From positions 1 through 55,441 of the forward strand of contig CAJGCJ010000001.1 in NCBI GenBank assembly GCA_904501775.1: a stretch of DNA of 55,441 nucleotides, in the 5' to 3' direction. The translations under genes and the position numbers were made by a program. This document shows, piece after piece, positions 36,319-46,319 of this stretch; position 1 is the stretch's first letter, and each line of letters begins with the position of its first letter. Origin of the DNA: an uncultured Bacteroidaceae bacterium (GTDB lineage Bacteria > Bacteroidota > Bacteroidia > Bacteroidales > Bacteroidaceae). The notes beneath the pieces were generated by a model. It was not told where the DNA came from. It worked only from the letters and a program-made list of their open reading frames with translations, and did not search any database.

Positions 36319-37578
36319 ATGAAATCCAGAAGAGTAGTTGTAACAGGTCTTGGTGCTATTTGCCCGATTGGCAACGATGTTCAGACAATATGGAACAATG
36401 CTGCCAATGGAAAAAGTGGTGCAGGGCCTATTACTTATTTTGATACAACCCTTTTCAAAACCAAGTTTGCCTGTGAAGTAAAAGATTTCGATTCCAAAGC
36501 AAATATGGGTCGCGATGCACGAAAATTTGACTCGGACACACACTACGGAATCGACTCGGCCATACAGGCTATCAACGACAGCAAACTCGACTTTGAGAAG
36601 GAAGATTGCAACCGCATTGGTGTAGTATTCGGCGAGGGTATTGGTGGTATACGTTCTCTTGAAGAAGAACTTGGAACATATTTCCGCAATTTTGAGAAAG
36701 GCCCCCGTTTCTCTCCGTTCCTTATCACAAAGATGATATCGGACATGACAACGGGTGAGATCTCCATCAAATATGGCTTGAAAGGTCCCAACTACGTTAC
36801 AACATCAGCGTGTGCTTCATCTTCAAATGCAATCATAGACGCATATGACCAAATACGCCTGAACAGAGCCGATATTATGATTGCCGGTGGTTCCGAGGCT
36901 GCAGTATGCTCATCGTGCGTGGGCGGTTTCAACGCTATGCACGCACTCTCGACACGCAACGAAAGCCCCGAAACAGCGTCACGCCCCTTCAGCAAGAGCC
37001 GCGACGGTTTTGTTATAGGAGAGGGCGCAGCATGTCTTATTCTTGAGGAGTATGAGCATGCAGTGGCACGTGGCGCTAAGATATATGCCGAGATTGGAGG
37101 TGCAGGATTGACAGCCGATGCATACCACATGACAGCGCCCCACCCCGAAGGAGAAGGAGCATTGCAAGTGATGAAGAATGCAATTGAAGAGTCGGGACTT
37201 ACCCCCGAAGATGTAGACTACATAAACGTACACGGAACATCGACATATGCAGGCGATATTGCCGAGGCAAAGGCAATCAAAAGACTCTTTGGCGAACACG
37301 CTTATAAATTGAACATAAGCTCGACCAAGTCTATGACAGGCCACCTGCTCGGAGCAGCCGGAGCTTTGGAAGCTGTAATTACAGTGCTTGCAATAGAGAA
37401 CAAGACCGTTCCCCCTACAATAAACTTCGAAGAGGGTGACGAGGATCCCGAGATTGACTACAAACTTAATTTCACTTTCAATAAGGCACAAGAGAGAGAC
37501 ATCAAAGTTGCATTGTCTAACACATTCGGCTTTGGAGGACACAACACTTGCATAATATTCAAGAAAATTGAAGACTAA
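36319..37578 (+). CDS. fabF: Beta-ketoacyl-ACP synthase II
   Basis: Active-site Cys (TSACASS), HGTST, GHLLGAAG, SNTFGFGGHN. The ATG at 36319 follows the TTG used by the track. Confidence 0.95.
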   Translation: MKSRRVVVTGLGAICPIGNDVQTIWNNAANGKSGAGPITYFDTTLFKTKFACEVKDFDSKANMGRDARKFDSDTHYGIDSAIQAINDSKLDFEKEDCNRIGVVFGEGIGGIRSLEEELGTYFRNFEKGPRFSPFLITKMISDMTTGEISIKYGLKGPNYVTTSACASSSNAIIDAYDQIRLNRADIMIAGGSEAAVCSSCVGGFNAMHALSTRNESPETASRPFSKSRDGFVIGEGAACLILEEYEHAVARGAKIYAEIGGAGLTADAYHMTAPHPEGEGALQVMKNAIEESGLTPEDVDYINVHGTSTYAGDIAEAKAIKRLFGEHAYKLNISSTKSMTGHLLGAAGALEAVITVLAIENKTVPPTINFEEGDEDPEIDYKLNFTFNKAQERDIKVALSNTFGFGGHNTCIIFKKIED

Positions 37579-38305
37579 GAGAAAAGTGAAAGAACTCATT
37601 GATAAAGTAAGACTACTGTTCTGCAAAGACAGGGAGTCTTACTTTTTATTATATAATTTCTTAGGTTTCATACCACGGCATCTGCATCCTTATCAGACAG
37701 CCTTTACTCACAGTTCCAGCACATCGGGACACAACAAGAAGCTGAAGAACAACGAGAGACTCGAATTTCTTGGCGATGCAGTACTCAGTTCTATCATCTC
37801 GGACTACCTGTATACCACATTCCGCAATCAGCGCGAAGGATTCCTCTCCAAATCGCGTAGCAGACTTGTGTGTCGCGACAGTCTGAACAACATTGCCCTA
37901 AAAATAGGGCTCGACAAATTCATCGGGAGCACCAATAAGGGGCAACACCACAACACGCATATTTACGGGAATGCACTGGAAGCCCTTATAGGCGCAATCT
38001 ACATAGACAGGGGATACTCATTCTGCCGAACATTCGTAATAGAGAAGGTTCTGACTGTAATACCTGACATTGAATCCATCATAAAGGACGACAACAACTA
38101 CAAGAGCCTGCTGATTGAGTGGTCGCAGAAAGAGCACCGCGAAGTGACATTCAATCTGCTGAGTGAAGAGAAACGTACAGACGGACTGCTCTTTACCACA
38201 GAAGTTCTTGTCGACGGAGAGCTATACGGCTTGGGCGAAGGATTCTCAAAACGCGAAAGCCAACAGAATGCAGCCAAAGAGGCACTCGAAAAAATCAAAA
38301 ACTAA
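37568..38305 (+). CDS. rnc: Ribonuclease III
   Basis: Signature ERLEFLGDAVL, NALEALIGAIY, C-terminal dsRBD (..NAAKEALEKI). The start is uncertain: TTG at 37568 (overlaps fabF by 11 nt) or GTG at 37586. Confidence 0.9.
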   Translation: MKTKRKVKELIDKVRLLFCKDRESYFLLYNFLGFIPRHLHPYQTAFTHSSSTSGHNKKLKNNERLEFLGDAVLSSIISDYLYTTFRNQREGFLSKSRSRLVCRDSLNNIALKIGLDKFIGSTNKGQHHNTHIYGNALEALIGAIYIDRGYSFCRTFVIEKVLTVIPDIESIIKDDNNYKSLLIEWSQKEHREVTFNLLSEEKRTDGLLFTTEVLVDGELYGLGEGFSKRESQQNAAKEALEKIKN

Positions 38306-40134
38306 GAGAGTTCAAGCTGGAACGCATCGCGCAGTTTTCCAATCACCGGATTCTTGGTCTTCAGCATATCGAACTGCTTGGTGCGGTCGTATACGCGTCG
38401 TTGCACAACCACTTTATTGACCTTAACATTCATACGCAGACGCACTCCCTGAAGTTCTGCAGCAAGGCCTTGGAGTATTGACTTGGACTCTTTGTCAAAG
38501 ACATCGGCAACCAGCTCATTGTCAACAGCAATAGTAAAGCTGTCATCATCGTTCATGGAGGGCTGCATAATCTTCATTCTATCGGCCAATGCCCTTTCAT
38601 TCTCGGGCAACGACAGGGCGTATGCCATCCACGCACGCGAGAGTTCCTCGTTTGTCACTCTTTTTTTACTTTGTTGCGCAACAGCTGCATCGGCAACAGC
38701 ACTCTCTCCCTTGACAACAGCAGACTCTGTAGCGACCTGTGGTCTTTGGGTAGCCATTGTAGAACGGAACATGCCCCCCAACGTTGGACGACCCTGCGCA
38801 GCCTGCGGGCGCAACGCCTCGGGGCGTCCGGCCTGAGCACTCTTTTCGACATTCCCGTTTTGAGAGACCGGGGTAGCCGTACCGGCAATTGTACTCTTAA
38901 TCTCGTTTTGTACACATGCAGCAGCCCCGCCATCTGCCGATGCGGGAGTGCTATTCACTGCTTGAGCAGCCTGTGACTGCTGTTTATTGAATATCGGTTT
39001 TAGCTGTTTAGGGCTACGCCCACTAACATCATCTGCATCATCAGACAACAGTTGAGTCAACTGTATTATTGTGAGCTCTACCAAGAGTCGCTTATTGCGG
39101 CTCAAACGGTAGTTCATGCTACAGTCGCTGCATAGTTTTATTGCACGGTAGAGCATTTTTGCAGGCATCCTCTTGGCCTGTGACGAATATCGCGCTGCAA
39201 GCTCTTCACCGCCCTCAAAGAGCGACAAAGTAATCTCGTCACTTGCTACCATAACATCGCGCAGATGCGAAGCAAGACCATCGATAAAGATATTACCTTC
39301 GAAACCTTTTATAAGAACATCGTTAAAGAGCAGAAGAGCCTGCGCTGTACTGCCCGATAGCATATAGTCGGCAAAACGGAAATAGTACTCATAATCGAGC
39401 ACATTCAGACTGTCGATAACATTGGCATAGGTAAGGTTGCCTTGTGTAAAGCTCACCATCTGATCGAAAAGCGAGAGCGCATCACGCATGCAGCCGTCCG
39501 ATTTCTGTGCCACAATACGCAGAGCCTCATGCTCGGCATTTATTCCTTCACGGGTTGCTATACTTTGTAAGTGAGCCACGATGTCTGCTACCTCGATGCG
39601 GCTGAAATCATATATCTGACAACGGGAAAGGATTGTAGGCAATATTTTATGTTTCTCGGTTGTCGCAAGAATGAATATTGCATGTGCAGGGGGCTCTTCA
39701 AGAGTCTTGAGAAAGGCGTTGAACGCCGACTGGGAGAGCATGTGGACCTCGTCTATTATATACACCTTATAGCGTCCCAGCTGCGGCGGTATGCGCACCT
39801 GTTCATTGAGTGAACGAATATCCTCTACCGAGTTATTGCTTGCAGCATCAAGCTCGTAGATAGAATATGAGCGCTGCTGATTGAAAGATACGCACGACTC
39901 GCACTCGTTGCAGGGCTCTCCTGCCGGAGTAAGATGCTCGCAATTTATAGTCTTGGCAAATATACGTGCACAAGTGGTCTTGCCTACACCTCTTGGACCA
40001 CAGAAAAGATAAGCATGAGCAAGTTTACCGCTGTTTATAGCATTTTTAAGAGTAGTAGTAAGAGCTTTTTGCGATACTACCGTATCAAAAGTATCGGGAC
40101 GATACTTACGGGCCGAGACTATGTAATTATCCAT
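38302..40134 (-). CDS. dnaX: DNA polymerase III subunit gamma/tau
   Basis: GPRGVGKTT Walker A, Zn module CNECESC, DEVHML, SRCQ. A low-complexity Q/A/P linker is followed by a ~118-aa C-terminal domain. The stop overlaps the rnc stop by 4 nt (convergent genes). Confidence 0.93.
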   Translation of the reverse strand: MDNYIVSARKYRPDTFDTVVSQKALTTTLKNAINSGKLAHAYLFCGPRGVGKTTCARIFAKTINCEHLTPAGEPCNECESCVSFNQQRSYSIYELDAASNNSVEDIRSLNEQVRIPPQLGRYKVYIIDEVHMLSQSAFNAFLKTLEEPPAHAIFILATTEKHKILPTILSRCQIYDFSRIEVADIVAHLQSIATREGINAEHEALRIVAQKSDGCMRDALSLFDQMVSFTQGNLTYANVIDSLNVLDYEYYFRFADYMLSGSTAQALLLFNDVLIKGFEGNIFIDGLASHLRDVMVASDEITLSLFEGGEELAARYSSQAKRMPAKMLYRAIKLCSDCSMNYRLSRNKRLLVELTIIQLTQLLSDDADDVSGRSPKQLKPIFNKQQSQAAQAVNSTPASADGGAAACVQNEIKSTIAGTATPVSQNGNVEKSAQAGRPEALRPQAAQGRPTLGGMFRSTMATQRPQVATESAVVKGESAVADAAVAQQSKKRVTNEELSRAWMAYALSLPENERALADRMKIMQPSMNDDDSFTIAVDNELVADVFDKESKSILQGLAAELQGVRLRMNVKVNKVVVQRRVYDRTKQFDMLKTKNPVIGKLRDAFQLELS

Positions 40135-40195
40135 ATTGTATTATTTTCCTTCTGTGTATATAAAAGCGTCATGACAATTTGCTGACGAAAAGTAT

Positions 40196-40205
40196 GCGAA
40201 GATAG
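40196..40205 (-). promoter_or_regulatory. Putative -7 box TATCTTCGCA upstream of dnaX
   Basis: Minus-strand TATCTTCGCA, 62 nt upstream of the ATG at 40134. Confidence 0.4.
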
Positions 40206-40289
40206 GAAGAAATAAGAGAATATCACTCCATATATACTGTTTTTTTTATACCTTAGCAAAGGTAAAAAGTAACATAAAAACAATTTTCG

Positions 40290-40586
40290 ATGAACGACAG
40301 CATAGGCGATATAATAAAATGGATTGGCAGACACAAGTACCTGTTTGTCACATTGGCATTCCTTGCCATTATAATCCTTTTTGACGAGAACAATCTCATC
40401 AAACATTTTCATAACCAACGCGAGATTGCCGAGTTGAAATCGGATATAAAGGAGTTGAAAGAGGAGCACGACGAACTTGTAAAAAAAATAAACGAACTTG
40501 ACAAAGATACCGATGTCATGGAAAAGGTAGCCCGACAGAAATATGGCATGCACCTCGACAACGAAGATATATTTATCATTGAATAA
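40290..40586 (+). CDS. Septum formation initiator family protein (FtsB/DivIC-like)
   Basis: 98 aa. One N-terminal TM segment, then a coiled coil (REIAELKSDIKELKEEHDELVKKINEL) and ..ARQKYGM... Confidence 0.75.
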   Translation: MNDSIGDIIKWIGRHKYLFVTLAFLAIIILFDENNLIKHFHNQREIAELKSDIKELKEEHDELVKKINELDKDTDVMEKVARQKYGMHLDNEDIFIIE

Positions 40587-40603
40587 GAAATACAAACACG
40601 GAT

Positions 40604-40942
40604 ATGAAGATTATAGACACGCTTTACCGACTTGGAGCTATAACACTGCTCATAGGAGCTATAATGAAATTGACATTCCCCTTATATGCGCAATACATAT
40701 ATACAATAGGAGCAATACTCTTTGCAGTGATGCAGTTCATTGGCAGACACAAGGAGGGTAATTTTGTATTGCGCCGTCTGGTTTTCCAGCAACAGATAGG
40801 CGGTATATGTCTTGTCGCATCAGGAGTGCTGATGTTCACACACATACGCAACGAATGGATTGTTGCCATGTTCATTGGAGCCCTGTTCCAGCTATACACA
40901 GCATACAGAATACCGCAGGAGATTGAGAAGAGCAAGAAATAA
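40604..40942 (+). CDS. Small integral membrane protein, function unknown
   Basis: 112 aa with 3-4 hydrophobic helices. 17 nt downstream of the FtsB-like gene. No motif recognised. Confidence 0.55.
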   Translation: MKIIDTLYRLGAITLLIGAIMKLTFPLYAQYIYTIGAILFAVMQFIGRHKEGNFVLRRLVFQQQIGGICLVASGVLMFTHIRNEWIVAMFIGALFQLYTAYRIPQEIEKSKK

Positions 40943-40957
40943 AACTCTCATAATTTT

Positions 40958-41004
40958 ATAAAGATTAAAGGCATCGTCACTGTGACGATGCCTTTAATCT
41001 TTAT
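40958..41004. terminator. Bidirectional terminator (47-nt palindrome, 23-bp arms)
   Basis: ataaagattaaaggcatcgtcac t gtgacgatgcctttaatctttat, between convergent genes. Confidence 0.75.
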
Positions 41005-41019
41005 AAACGCTACGATATA

Positions 41020-43164
41020 TTACTTGACAATAGTCATCTCGTCAATCAATCGTTTACAGTTACCGAATTTCTCTATCACGAAGAGTATGTAACGTACGTC
41101 GACATTGATACAACGCTGCAGGTTATTGTCGAAAGCTATATCACCACTCAAAGACTCCCAGTTGCCATCGAACGCAAGTCCTATAAGCTCACCACGGGAA
41201 TTAAGAATACCGCTACCGCTGTTACCGCCTGTAATGTCGTTTGTTGAAAGGAATGCCACGGGCATCTCGCCATTAGGCAATGCATACTGTCCATAGTCCT
41301 TTGCATTATAAAGTTCCTTCAAGCGTGCAGGGACAACGAACTCGGCATTCTGAGGATTCTCCTTCTCCATAACCCCCTTAAGGGTTGTATAATATTTATA
41401 GGCAACACCGTCGCGGGGCTCGTAAGGCTTCACTGTACCATAGGTAAGACGCATTGTAAAGTTAGCATCGGGAGCGACGGGCTTGCCTGCTGCCATCTGC
41501 AGAAGACCGGCAAGATATCTCTTGTGTAAAGGTTTAAGAAGCGACAAATAGGCCTTATTCTTCTCTACAAGGCTCGTGTACATCTCGAATACCATATCAC
41601 GCAACTGCATACCGGGGTCCTTGTCGAGTTTCTTTGCAGAAGGCTTCTTCATAAACTTGTCGAAGTTCTTCTTGTTGCTAAGTATTGAGTTGTCGTAAAC
41701 ATAATCGATATACTTGTCGAGGTCGCCCTTATACTTTTCAATAGTCTTGTTCAGACGCTCGGGACGCTCCTCGGCTGTTGTAAGTGATACAAAGCAAGGC
41801 AATACCGACTTGGCGATGCGGCGGTCAACCTCGTGATTATAGTCACGGTTGTGCAACCAGTCATATACAGTAGGGAATGTCTCGGCAGCCTTTTCGCGAG
41901 TAGATACTGCGTCCTTCACTTTAGAGTTGAGATTACGATATATAAACTCAACATTCATTATGAGTTCGCTTGTCAATGTCATCAGATAGAGCATTCTGCT
42001 GTTATCCTTTACCAGCGTATTGATCTCTCCTACCACACTCTTATATCTGTCGTCGGACACTGTATTGGCAAACTGCATGAAGAGTGCTTCGTTGGCAAGC
42101 TTCTTCTCTACCACCTTGTTGTCAACGATAGCCTTGTTCATACCTATCGAATTCTTCCAATAGTTACTTATGCTGGCCATCTTGCTGGCATACTGGATAT
42201 TCACAGCCTCGCTCTTAGCCATCTCTTCGCGAATGACCTTAAGCGCAGCATCGCGCATTGCGATACGGGGTGCATTGCTTACGTTCATACGAGCCTCAAC
42301 CTCGCCACTTGTAAGGAAACGGTATGTGCTTCCGGGGAATCCCATAATCATTGTATAGTCACCGGGCTCAAATCCTGCAAGCGAAATATTGAGATGTTTG
42401 GGAGTACTCAAGGGCTTATTGTCGGGGCTGTAGGCAGCAGGATTACCGTTCTCATCGGCATATACTCGGAAGATTGAGAAGTCACCGGTGTGACGTGGCC
42501 ACATCCAGTTATCTGTCTCACCACCGAACTTACCGATTGAAGAGGGAGGAGTTCCCACGAGGCGAACATCGGTGTACTTCTTATAATATACCAAATAGTA
42601 CTTGTTTCCCTCGAAATAGGGCTTGAGCTCTGCTGTCAGATACTGCTTGTCCTTAACATCGTCGGCAGCAAAGAGTTCATCCGCAAGACCTTTAAGATAT
42701 GCTGCAGAGAAGCTCTGGTCGAGAGTCATCTTGCCATCGGCAATGCGCTTGTTGACTTCGTCTGTCACATCCTTGATCTCTGCAACAAAGGTAAAATTGA
42801 TATTTTTGCAGGGAAGCTCGTCCTTGTAGTCCTGTGCCCAGAATCCATCTTTCAGATAGTTGTGTTCAACGGCACTCAACTGCTGGATATAGCTGTAACC
42901 GCAGTGGTGATTGGTAAAAATAAGTCCATTGGGAGATACTATTTCACCAGTACATCCGCCACCGAAAATACCTATTGCATCTTTCAAAGAAGGTGCATCG
43001 GGAGAGTAAATCTCATCTACTGAAATTTCAAGACCGAGTGCACGCATCTGCTCTTCAAGATTCTGACTGCGCATAAGCTGCAACAACCACATACCTTCGT
43101 CGGCAAGCAACTGTGTGGGAAGCAGTGTGAATGCAGCGATTAGTGATAAAATAAATTTCTTCAT
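41020..43164 (-). CDS. S46-family dipeptidyl-peptidase (DPP7/DPP11-like)
   Basis: Signal peptide. ADEGMWL N-terminus, catalytic His in FTNHHCG, catalytic Ser in TGGNSGSG. 714 aa. Confidence 0.9.
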   Translation of the reverse strand: MKKFILSLIAAFTLLPTQLLADEGMWLLQLMRSQNLEEQMRALGLEISVDEIYSPDAPSLKDAIGIFGGGCTGEIVSPNGLIFTNHHCGYSYIQQLSAVEHNYLKDGFWAQDYKDELPCKNINFTFVAEIKDVTDEVNKRIADGKMTLDQSFSAAYLKGLADELFAADDVKDKQYLTAELKPYFEGNKYYLVYYKKYTDVRLVGTPPSSIGKFGGETDNWMWPRHTGDFSIFRVYADENGNPAAYSPDNKPLSTPKHLNISLAGFEPGDYTMIMGFPGSTYRFLTSGEVEARMNVSNAPRIAMRDAALKVIREEMAKSEAVNIQYASKMASISNYWKNSIGMNKAIVDNKVVEKKLANEALFMQFANTVSDDRYKSVVGEINTLVKDNSRMLYLMTLTSELIMNVEFIYRNLNSKVKDAVSTREKAAETFPTVYDWLHNRDYNHEVDRRIAKSVLPCFVSLTTAEERPERLNKTIEKYKGDLDKYIDYVYDNSILSNKKNFDKFMKKPSAKKLDKDPGMQLRDMVFEMYTSLVEKNKAYLSLLKPLHKRYLAGLLQMAAGKPVAPDANFTMRLTYGTVKPYEPRDGVAYKYYTTLKGVMEKENPQNAEFVVPARLKELYNAKDYGQYALPNGEMPVAFLSTNDITGGNSGSGILNSRGELIGLAFDGNWESLSGDIAFDNNLQRCINVDVRYILFVIEKFGNCKRLIDEMTIVK

Positions 43165-43209
43165 TGCTGTTCTGTTTATTAATTACATTTACTTCAAATA
43201 CAATAACTA

Positions 43210-43219
43210 CGCGAAGATA
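43210..43219 (-). promoter_or_regulatory. Putative -7 box TATCTTCGCG upstream of the S46 peptidase
   Basis: Minus-strand TATCTTCGCG, 46 nt upstream of the ATG at 43164. Confidence 0.4.
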
Positions 43220-43324
43220 CATTAAAAAACGCAGATGCCCGATATTTCAGTTATTAAATGTTATAACTTCATAATTATTGAGCAAATATGGTGCTTATAT
43301 TTGGATTTCAGAAATATAAAATAT

Positions 43325-43334
43325 TATATTCGCG
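43325..43334 (+). promoter_or_regulatory. Putative -7 box TATATTCGCG
   Basis: 20 nt upstream of the ATG at 43354. Confidence 0.4.
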
Positions 43335-43353
43335 AACCTAAAGCCAAGAAGAC

Positions 43354-44049
43354 ATGTACAGACTACTATACACAATAAAACTGCTGTGTGCCATATTCTT
43401 TGCATCATCGTGCAGCAACGAGTATATTGTCAAAGGCAGTACATGTGATATTTTCGACGGAGCCAACATCTATATCAAGACTCTTATTGACGGAAACTGG
43501 GAAGCCATTGACTCGTGCGAGATTCTGCATGGAAAGTTCATGATGGAAGGAGAGGCCGACAGTACCTTCATCTCGGCAATTTTCATTGGGAACGAAGCAG
43601 TGATACCTATTGTTATTGAAGAGGGCAACATCAATGTAGACATAGAGATGCACAATGTCACCATAAACGGCACCCAACTCAACGACAAGCTGTCGCATTT
43701 CTTCAACAAGAAGTACTATTACGAGCAACAGATAATGGACCTTGAGCGCAAGGAGGCCTCCATGATTCTTGAAGGACACACAAACAAGGAGGATTACATT
43801 GCCATACAGGACCAGATTGCCGAGATTGGCAACTCAATCAACTTTTTCATAGAAGAGTTCATCAAGGAGCACTACGAGAATGTATTAGGCCCATGTGTAT
43901 TTCAGCTGTGGTGTAACGGAATGCCCTACCCCACAATTAACGAACAGATTGGGCGCATACTGAAAGAGGCTCCCGAGGTGTTCTTGTCCGACACTTATGT
44001 AAAGGAATTTATGGCTGCAGCCGAGAAGAACAGCAATAAAGACAATTAA
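43354..44049 (+). CDS. Lipoprotein, DUF4369-like
   Basis: Lipobox FFASSC. The N-terminal domain (YIVKGS..DGANIYIKTLIDGNWEAIDSCEILHGKFMMEGE) resembles DUF4369 as I remember it. Confidence 0.55.
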   Translation: MYRLLYTIKLLCAIFFASSCSNEYIVKGSTCDIFDGANIYIKTLIDGNWEAIDSCEILHGKFMMEGEADSTFISAIFIGNEAVIPIVIEEGNINVDIEMHNVTINGTQLNDKLSHFFNKKYYYEQQIMDLERKEASMILEGHTNKEDYIAIQDQIAEIGNSINFFIEEFIKEHYENVLGPCVFQLWCNGMPYPTINEQIGRILKEAPEVFLSDTYVKEFMAAAEKNSNKDN

Positions 44050-44076
44050 AGCTATTGGAGTTCCAATAGCTTTAAT
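44045..44076. terminator. Bidirectional terminator between convergent genes
   Basis: 15-bp arms attaaagctattgga / tccaatagctttaat. Confidence 0.65.
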
Positions 44077-44086
44077 TTATAGAGGT

Positions 44087-45811
44087 TTATTCCTTTTTCC
44101 TGTCACTGTCTATCAATTGCAGCAGACGTTCTATAGCCTCATCCTCGGGAATATTCTTCTCGACACACTCCTTACGGCGATAAAGGCTTACCTTGCCGCG
44201 CGCCGCACCCACATAACCATAGTCGGCATCGGCCATCTCGCCCGGGCCGTTCACAATACAGCCCATCACGCCTATCTTCAATCCTTTCAGGTGCGAAGTG
44301 GCAGCCTTAATGCGTGCCAGCGTACCTTGAAGGTCGTACATTGTGCGTCCACAGCCGGGACAGGCTATATACTCGGTCTTACTTATACGCATACGGGTAG
44401 CTTGCAGGATGCCGAATGCAAGAGCATTTATCTCATCGTCGGCCACACCTTTATTCTCAATCCACACACCATCTACCAGACCGTCGATAAGAAGAACTCC
44501 CAAATCGGCCGAAGCCTTGATGCGCAGATTCTCTATCGCCGGCTCGTTATATACACGATGTACAATAACCGGCAATGTAACATTCTCATTTGCCAGCTTG
44601 TGTATAAGAGCACGTAGCTCGCCTACCGCATTCACATGGTTACTGAACGCCACGACAACCGCATTCTCTTTAGACTTCAGATTTGCAACAGTTGACTCAG
44701 TGAGGTCACTGTACTGCAAGTGGATAAACTCAAGACCCTTCTTGTCTGTTATTTCTCCATTGCGCGCCACAAAATCGGGAAGCATCTCACTGTTGCCGTC
44801 ATATGCACTTATGACGACAGGGAGTTTATCACCGCCTACAACACCTGAAACAGTTGTCGGACGGCGTTGGGGGTCGATATAATTGAAACCGGCATAAGGC
44901 TCTGCTTCTATATGACTGTGCTCCTCGCGTGCCGACACATAGTTGACAAGTTCCAATGCCACAGGAATCTCATTCTCGGGAGCCTCGGCCAAAGAGACGC
45001 GCAGCGTATCACCGATACCATCGGCAAGCAATGCACCTATGCCCACAGCGCTCTTGATACGGCCATCCTCGGCATCGCCGGCCTCGGTTACACCAAGATG
45101 CAAGGGATAAGATATGCCTTCGGCAGCCATCTGCGCAACCAGACGACGCACTGTAGTAACCATCATTGCGGTGTTGCTGGTCTTTATCGACACTACAACA
45201 TCTTTGAACTCTTCGTCGCGGCATATACGCAGAAACTCCATACACGACTCTACCACACCGGACGGTGTATCGCCATAACGGCTCATTATCCTATCGGACA
45301 ACGAACCATGATTAACACCTACACGTATAGCCTTGCCCTCCTGTTTGCACAGATTGAGGAACGAGGTAAAACGATCACGCAGACGGACAAGTTCCTGTGC
45401 ATACTCCTCGTCGGTGTAATCAATATGCCTAAATGTGCGGGCCGTGTCGACATAGTTTCCCGGGTTCACACGCACCTTATCGGCATACCGAGCTGCCACA
45501 TCGGCTACAGAGGCATTAAAATGTACATCGGCAACAAGCGGAACATTACAGCCTCGCTCGACAAGCGCAGCCTTTATCGCTCCCATGTTCACAGCCTCGC
45601 GGCTGCCCTGTGTAGTAAGACGTACAATATCGCCTCCTTTTGCCACGATGCGCAATACCTGCTCGACACTGCCCTCGGTATCCATAGTAGAGGTGTTGGT
45701 CATCGACTGCACCTTTATGGGATGCTTACCGCTTACTGTAACACCGCCTATATTGACTTCTACTGTCGAACGACGCTTATAATTGAATATATCAATTTGT
45801 CTTGTATTCAT
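44087..45811 (-). CDS. ispG: 4-hydroxy-3-methylbut-2-enyl diphosphate synthase, long form with inserted domain
   Basis: KVQSMTNT, [4Fe-4S] Cys motifs IACPGCGRT and GCIVNGPGE. 574 aa from the ATG at 45811 (the track start at 45817 is TTG). Confidence 0.92.
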   Translation of the reverse strand: MNTRQIDIFNYKRRSTVEVNIGGVTVSGKHPIKVQSMTNTSTMDTEGSVEQVLRIVAKGGDIVRLTTQGSREAVNMGAIKAALVERGCNVPLVADVHFNASVADVAARYADKVRVNPGNYVDTARTFRHIDYTDEEYAQELVRLRDRFTSFLNLCKQEGKAIRVGVNHGSLSDRIMSRYGDTPSGVVESCMEFLRICRDEEFKDVVVSIKTSNTAMMVTTVRRLVAQMAAEGISYPLHLGVTEAGDAEDGRIKSAVGIGALLADGIGDTLRVSLAEAPENEIPVALELVNYVSAREEHSHIEAEPYAGFNYIDPQRRPTTVSGVVGGDKLPVVISAYDGNSEMLPDFVARNGEITDKKGLEFIHLQYSDLTESTVANLKSKENAVVVAFSNHVNAVGELRALIHKLANENVTLPVIVHRVYNEPAIENLRIKASADLGVLLIDGLVDGVWIENKGVADDEINALAFGILQATRMRISKTEYIACPGCGRTMYDLQGTLARIKAATSHLKGLKIGVMGCIVNGPGEMADADYGYVGAARGKVSLYRRKECVEKNIPEDEAIERLLQLIDSDRKKE

Positions 45812-46298
45812 ATTCAAGCCCCTTAAGTTCTTCGTTGGCCTTCTCTATTTTTTTCTTGAGATTCTCTTTATAATCGGCAAGACGGGTAGCAAGAGCATCA
45901 TCGGCAAGCGACAGCATCTCGACGGCAAGGATGGCAGCATTGAGCGATGCGTTTACACCAACAGTCGCAACAGGTATTCCGGGAGGCATCTGCACGATAG
46001 CAAGCAAAGCGTCCATACCATCAAGCGTGCTGTTGATAGGCACACCAATCACAGGGAGTGTTGTGCTTGCAGCTATCACACCGGGAAGATGGGCAGCCAT
46101 GCCGGCTGCTGCTATGATAATTTTTATACCGCGTTCCTTGGCACCTTTGGCAAAAGCCTCAACCGCCTCGGGGGTACGATGTGCCGATAACGCATTTACC
46201 TCAAAGGGCACCTGCATCTCGTTGAGAAAATCTGTAGCTTTCTTCATTACGGGAAGGTCGGATGTGCTTCCCATTATAACACTTACTATTGCTTTCAT
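45792..46298 (-). CDS. purE: 5-(carboxyamino)imidazole ribonucleotide mutase
   Basis: VIMGSTSDLPVM, AAGMAAHLPGV, PVIGVP. Confidence 0.93.
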   Translation of the reverse strand: MKAIVSVIMGSTSDLPVMKKATDFLNEMQVPFEVNALSAHRTPEAVEAFAKGAKERGIKIIIAAAGMAAHLPGVIAASTTLPVIGVPINSTLDGMDALLAIVQMPPGIPVATVGVNASLNAAILAVEMLSLADDALATRLADYKENLKKKIEKANEELKGLEYEYKTN

Positions 46299-46319
46299 AT
46301 ATCAGTTATTTATTTCTAT

